Shown: positions 60,070 to 64,000 of the stretch, one piece after another
How the letters are laid out: the number at the start of each line of letters is the position of its first letter
Position numbering within the stretch: the first letter of the stretch is position 1
Assembly: GCA_016191465.1 (NCBI GenBank)
Contig: JACPOP010000008.1
Location: 303,571-367,570, forward strand
Length of the DNA: 64,000 nucleotides
Direction of reading: 5' to 3'
DNA from: Chloroflexota bacterium
GTDB lineage: Bacteria; Chloroflexota; UBA6077; CF-72
Notes under the pieces: generated by a model
What the model was told of the DNA's origin: nothing
The model's database searches: none
The model's input: the letters and a program-made list of their open reading frames with translations, nothing else
Made by a program: the position numbers and the translations under genes

Positions 60070-60996
60070 TCAGGCTGTCGCGAGCGGCTTCGGCACCAGG
60101 CGTCCGCCGGCCTGGAAGACCTTGCTTGTCGGCGCGTGGTCCAGGCGGGCGCAGATGAAGCGGGTGGCGTCCATGACTCGGGGGAGAGATACGCCGGTCT
60201 CCACGCCGAGCCCGTCCAGCAGGTAGACCAGGTCCTCGGTCGCCAGGTTCCCGGTGGCGTTTGGGCCAGCGAACGGGCAGCCGCCGAGGCCGCCCGCCGC
60301 GCTGTCGAAGACCGCGATGCCATAGTCCAGGCTGCGCACCACATTCGCCAGCGCGGTGCCGCGCGTATCGTGGAAGTGCATGCCCCAGCCGTCGAGCGGC
60401 GCGAGGCCAAGCACGCGATCGAGGAGCCGCGAAACGTCGGCCGGAGTGGCGGCACCAATCGTGTCCCCCAGCCCGATCTGCTCCGCACCAGCGTCCAGGA
60501 GTCGCGCACAGATTCCGGCCACCTGCTCCGGGGGCACCGGACCTTCGAACGGGCACGCGAAGGCTGTCGAAACGTATGCCCGAATGCGCGCGCCGTGCGG
60601 CCGGGCAGCTTGGATGACCGCGCGGGCATCGTCGATCGATTGGTCGATCGTCCGGTTGATGTTGGCGCGGGTGAAGCTCTCGGTGGCAGCGGTGAACAGC
60701 GCGATCTCACGGGCGCCGGCCGCCAGCGCCCGCTCCAGCCCTCGCGAGTTGGGTACGAGAACGGGGTAGCGGACCCCGGGTTTCTGCCGGATTGCACGGA
60801 GGACCTCGTGGGCATCTGCCATGCGTGGCACCGCCTTCGGATGCACGAACGAGGTGACCTCCACCACCGGGAGACCGGCATCGCTCAGCATGTCCACAAA
60901 GCGCACCTTCGCGTCCGTCGGTACGTGGACCGCCTCGTTTTGCAGCCCGTCTCGCGGACCGACTTCGATAATGGTGGCCTGACTCGGGTACCTCAC
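60070..60996 (-). CDS. Hydroxymethylglutaryl-CoA lyase
   Basis: EVGPRDGLQNE, TSFVHPKAVP, LGDTIG, HFHDTRG, GLGGCPFA and GNLATED. Confidence 0.93.
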   Translation of the reverse strand: MRYPSQATIIEVGPRDGLQNEAVHVPTDAKVRFVDMLSDAGLPVVEVTSFVHPKAVPRMADAHEVLRAIRQKPGVRYPVLVPNSRGLERALAAGAREIALFTAATESFTRANINRTIDQSIDDARAVIQAARPHGARIRAYVSTAFACPFEGPVPPEQVAGICARLLDAGAEQIGLGDTIGAATPADVSRLLDRVLGLAPLDGWGMHFHDTRGTALANVVRSLDYGIAVFDSAAGGLGGCPFAGPNATGNLATEDLVYLLDGLGVETGVSLPRVMDATRFICARLDHAPTSKVFQAGGRLVPKPLATA

Positions 60997-62966
60997 GGTG
61001 CCTCGTCCGCGGCAAGCTCGACGAGGACCGCACCGGCCGCCACCTGGTCACCGACCGCGACCGCCACCCGCACCACCTGTACCGAGCTGGTTGCCTGAAC
61101 CGCGTGCTCCATTTTCATCGCCTCCAGTACCACCAGTGTCTCCCCCGCGTACGCAGTGTCCCCGTCCTTGATTGCCACGTGCACGATGCGTCCCGGCATG
61201 GGCGCGCGGAGCACTCCGGCGCCCCCCGAGACCGCCGACCGGCTGTCCACGGCGGCGCCACGCGGTGCGGGTGCAAGTCGCACGCGATAGTGGCGCCCGT
61301 CCCAGGAGACCAGGGCTCGGTCGGCGTCGATGGGTTCCAGGTGGGCCGCTCCACGGGACAACCGAGCTCGGCCGCGCCCGAGCGCTTCGGCGACGAGCTC
61401 CACGCCGCCCACTGATACCGCGAGGGAGCCCCGATTGGACTCCGGCCGCCGGGACAGCAACACCGAGACCTCCGCAACACCGACCAGCCAGCGACTCGGC
61501 TGGCTCAGGCCGCCGACCCGCCAGGAGCGTAGTGCCGTCCATGGGTCCAGTGATTCACGTGGCTCACTGGCCAGCCAGACCGCCGCCGCGGCCGCCACCT
61601 CCGGCGGAGGCGCCGCGAGCGATTCGACGACCCCGTGTTCGGCAAGGAACGTGGTCGCGAGGTCGCCCGCGCGGAACGCCGGGTCATTGAGAACCGCGAG
61701 TATGAGATCGACGTTGGTGGCGACACCCTCCACCTCCGTGTGCAACAGCGCATCCACCAGGCGCTCGCAGGCGCTTGCCCGGTCTGGCCCGTAGGCGATT
61801 ACCTTGGCCAGGAGTGAGTCGTAGTACGGGGGCACCTCGGACCCGCTCTCGACGCCCGTATCGACGCGGACGTGCGACCCTTGTGGCACCACGAAGCGGT
61901 CCAGCCGGCCGCTCGAGGGCAGGAAGCCCGACACCGGGTCCTCTGCGATGACCCGCGCCTCGATGGCGTGGCCGTGCAGCGAGACGCCGTGCTGACGCAC
62001 CGGCAGGCGCTCGCCGGCCGCTACTCGAAGCTGGAGCTCCACGAGGTCAAGCCGAGTCACCAGCTCTGTAACGGGGTGCTCAACCTGAAGCCTGGCATTC
62101 ACCTCCAGGAAGTACGGGTCACGCTGCTCGTCCAGCAACAGCTCAATGGTCCCGGCGTTCTCGTAACCCGCCTCGCGCACCAGCCGGACCGCGATCTCTC
62201 CAAGGCGCGCACGGAGCGCGGCATCTACGGCCGTCGAGGGGCTCTCTTCGATCAGCTTCTGGTGCCGCCGCTGGATGCTGCACTCGCGCTCGCCCAGGAC
62301 CACCACTTCGCCGTGGCTGTCCGCGATCACCTGTACCTCGACGTGGCGGGGACGAGCGACGTAGCGCTCGAGCAGCAGTCGTCCATCGCCGAAGCTCGCC
62401 TCCGCCTCGCGGCGGGAGGCCGTCACCGCGTTGGCGAGCTCGCTGAAGTCCAGCGCCACGCGCATGCCGCGCCCGCCACCTCCCGCGGCGGCTTTCACCA
62501 GCAGCGGAAACCCGAGGCGCTCGGCCTCGTAGCCCAGGCGTTCGATGGACTGCTCCTCCCCGTGGTAACCGGGAAGAACTGGCACGCCGATCCGCTCGGC
62601 CAGCGCCCGTGCTCGCGCCTTGTCGCCGAGCGCCTCCATGGCCTCTGGCGGCGGCCCGATCCACACCAGCCCCGCGGCCCGCACGGCGCGGGCAAAGGCG
62701 GCGTTCTCCGAGAGGAAGCCGTAGCCGGGGTGGATCGCCTGCGCGCCCATCTCGCGCGCCACCGCCAGGATGGCCGAGGCATCCAGGTAGCTCTGTGCCG
62801 CCGGCGGCGGCCCGATCAACCGCGCGTCGTCGGCCAGCCTGACATGGAGCGCGTCGCGGTCCGCTTCGGAATACACCGCCAGCGCGCGGATTCCGAGCCG
62901 CTGGCAGGTCCGCATCACCCGCACCGCGATCTCGCCGCGGTTTGCCACCAGCACGGAGCCAAACAC
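60993..62966 (-). CDS. Methylcrotonyl-CoA-type carboxylase, biotin carboxylase / biotin carrier subunit
   Basis: ANRGEIA, HPGYGFLSEN, GGGGRGMR, RECSIQRRHQK, EVNARLQVEHP and biotinylation motif EAMKM. Confidence 0.92.
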   Translation of the reverse strand: MFGSVLVANRGEIAVRVMRTCQRLGIRALAVYSEADRDALHVRLADDARLIGPPPAAQSYLDASAILAVAREMGAQAIHPGYGFLSENAAFARAVRAAGLVWIGPPPEAMEALGDKARARALAERIGVPVLPGYHGEEQSIERLGYEAERLGFPLLVKAAAGGGGRGMRVALDFSELANAVTASRREAEASFGDGRLLLERYVARPRHVEVQVIADSHGEVVVLGERECSIQRRHQKLIEESPSTAVDAALRARLGEIAVRLVREAGYENAGTIELLLDEQRDPYFLEVNARLQVEHPVTELVTRLDLVELQLRVAAGERLPVRQHGVSLHGHAIEARVIAEDPVSGFLPSSGRLDRFVVPQGSHVRVDTGVESGSEVPPYYDSLLAKVIAYGPDRASACERLVDALLHTEVEGVATNVDLILAVLNDPAFRAGDLATTFLAEHGVVESLAAPPPEVAAAAAVWLASEPRESLDPWTALRSWRVGGLSQPSRWLVGVAEVSVLLSRRPESNRGSLAVSVGGVELVAEALGRGRARLSRGAAHLEPIDADRALVSWDGRHYRVRLAPAPRGAAVDSRSAVSGGAGVLRAPMPGRIVHVAIKDGDTAYAGETLVVLEAMKMEHAVQATSSVQVVRVAVAVGDQVAAGAVLVELAADEAP

Positions 62967-62981
62967 GGGTACGTCCGCCCG

Positions 62982-64000
62982 TTACATCCGGAACACGCCG
63001 AAGCGTGTCTCGGGAATAGGCGCGTTCAGCGCGGCGGAGATGCCCAGGCTGACGATCGCGCGGGTATCGAGCGGGTCGATCACCCCATCGTCCCAGAGCC
63101 GAGCTGTCGAATAGTAGGGGCTTCCTTCTGCCTCGTACTTCTCGAGCGTCGGCGCCATGAATCGCGCCCGTTCCTCGTCGTCGAGGTCGCGCCCCTCGCG
63201 CCGCAGGTTATCCAGGCGCACCTGGAGCAGAACGCTGGCTGCCTGCTGGCCGCCCATTACGCTGATCCGCGCGTTCGGCCACATCCACAGTTGGCGCGGA
63301 TCATAGGCGCGCCCGCACATCCCATAGTTGCCAGCCCCGAATGAGCCGCCGACTACCACCGTGAACTTCGGCACCCGGGCATTCGCAACCGCCATGACCA
63401 TCTTCGCCCCATCTCGGGCGAGGCCGCGGTTTTCGTACTCCTTGCCCACCATGAAGCCCGCGATGTTCTGCAAGAACAGCAGCGGAATGCGTCGCTGGCA
63501 GCACAGCTCCACGAAATGGGCGCCCTTGAGGCTACTTTCGCTGAACAGGATGCCGTTGTTGGCAACGATGCCGACTGGAAAGCCCATGATCCGAGCGAAG
63601 CCGGTGACCAGCGTCGTGCCATAGGCCGCCTTGAACTCGTCAAGCTCGGAGCCATCCACGATTCTTGCGATTAGCTCGCGCACGTCGATTTGAACCCTGA
63701 GATCGCCCGGGACGAGCCCGTACAGCTCTCGCCCGTCGTACAGCGGCTCACGCGATGGGTGAATTTCCCATGGCATCTCTTTGCGGGTCGGGGCATTGGC
63801 GAGAATCCGACGGGCGATCGCGAGCGCGTGCGCATCGTCCAGCGCCTCGTGGTCCGCCACGCCAGAAACCCGGGGATGGACCTCCGAGCCGCCCAGCTCC
63901 TCGGCAGTGACGTCCTCGCCCGTGGCCGCCTTCACCAGCGGCGGCCCGCCGATGAAGATCGTCCCCGTGCCGCGCACAATAATGGTCTCGTCACTTAACG
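62982..64000 (-). CDS. Methylcrotonyl-CoA carboxylase beta (carboxyltransferase) subunit, 5' end outside the window
   Basis: [44 protein letters not shown] and C-terminal FGVFRM. Confidence 0.93.
   Translation of the reverse strand, partial: LSDETIIVRGTGTIFIGGPPLVKAATGEDVTAEELGGSEVHPRVSGVADHEALDDAHALAIARRILANAPTRKEMPWEIHPSREPLYDGRELYGLVPGDLRVQIDVRELIARIVDGSELDEFKAAYGTTLVTGFARIMGFPVGIVANNGILFSESSLKGAHFVELCCQRRIPLLFLQNIAGFMVGKEYENRGLARDGAKMVMAVANARVPKFTVVVGGSFGAGNYGMCGRAYDPRQLWMWPNARISVMGGQQAASVLLQVRLDNLRREGRDLDDEERARFMAPTLEKYEAEGSPYYSTARLWDDGVIDPLDTRAIVSLGISAALNAPIPETRFGVFRM

Noticed and set aside
1498-63998. Many long overlapping or antisense ORFs in the track (e.g. 1498-2820, 9243-10364, 20545-22167, 36949-38673, 56390-58420, 58769-60556, 61872-63344)
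   Set aside because: They shadow well-supported genes, are Arg/Pro/Ala/Gly-rich and have no recognisable motifs, as expected from high-GC codon bias.

Overview
High-GC bacterial chromosomal DNA, almost entirely housekeeping genes. It is most likely from a Chloroflexota member (inferred from the long-form GreA, the FtsH and SecA N-termini, and the GT39-like and clan GH-A envelope genes). Gene order: nuoN; TIGR00300-family ornithine-cyclodeaminase-like gene; rsmG; long greA; DUF3352-like lipoprotein; a small decayed patch (hicA pseudogene, intact hicB, RCC1-repeat remnant); glmS; stand-alone LigD polymerase domain; homocysteine methyltransferase/MTHFR fusion; glcDEF; murJ-gatD-murT; alpha/beta hydrolase. 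A long minus-strand block follows, read in transcription order: pyrR-pyrB-pyrC-carA-carB, PD40 lipoprotein, M48 peptidase, ftsB, tilS, ftsH, HDAC-family deacetylase, prs, secA, moxR, DUF58, transglutaminase. Then PucR-family regulator, glnA, flippase, pepA, GT39-like gene, metG, GH-A glycosidase, tctABC and a truncated methylcrotonyl-CoA carboxylase/HMG-CoA lyase cluster. I saw no tRNA, rRNA, CRISPR array, phage or transposase. Best leads: (1) GreA with an N-terminal domain resembling the tyrosine-recombinase core-binding fold, possibly started at an AUA codon; (2) a composite palindrome upstream of metG, made of inverted heptamer tracts around a REP-like doublet whose family recurs five times; (3) a PucR-family regulator between the pyr operon and glnA; (4) a PyrR-binding hairpin that sequesters the pyrR ribosome-binding site; (5) a hicAB module with a destroyed toxin. 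All family assignments are by motif recognition only, with no database searches. Several start codons were moved from the ORF track to more plausible positions.
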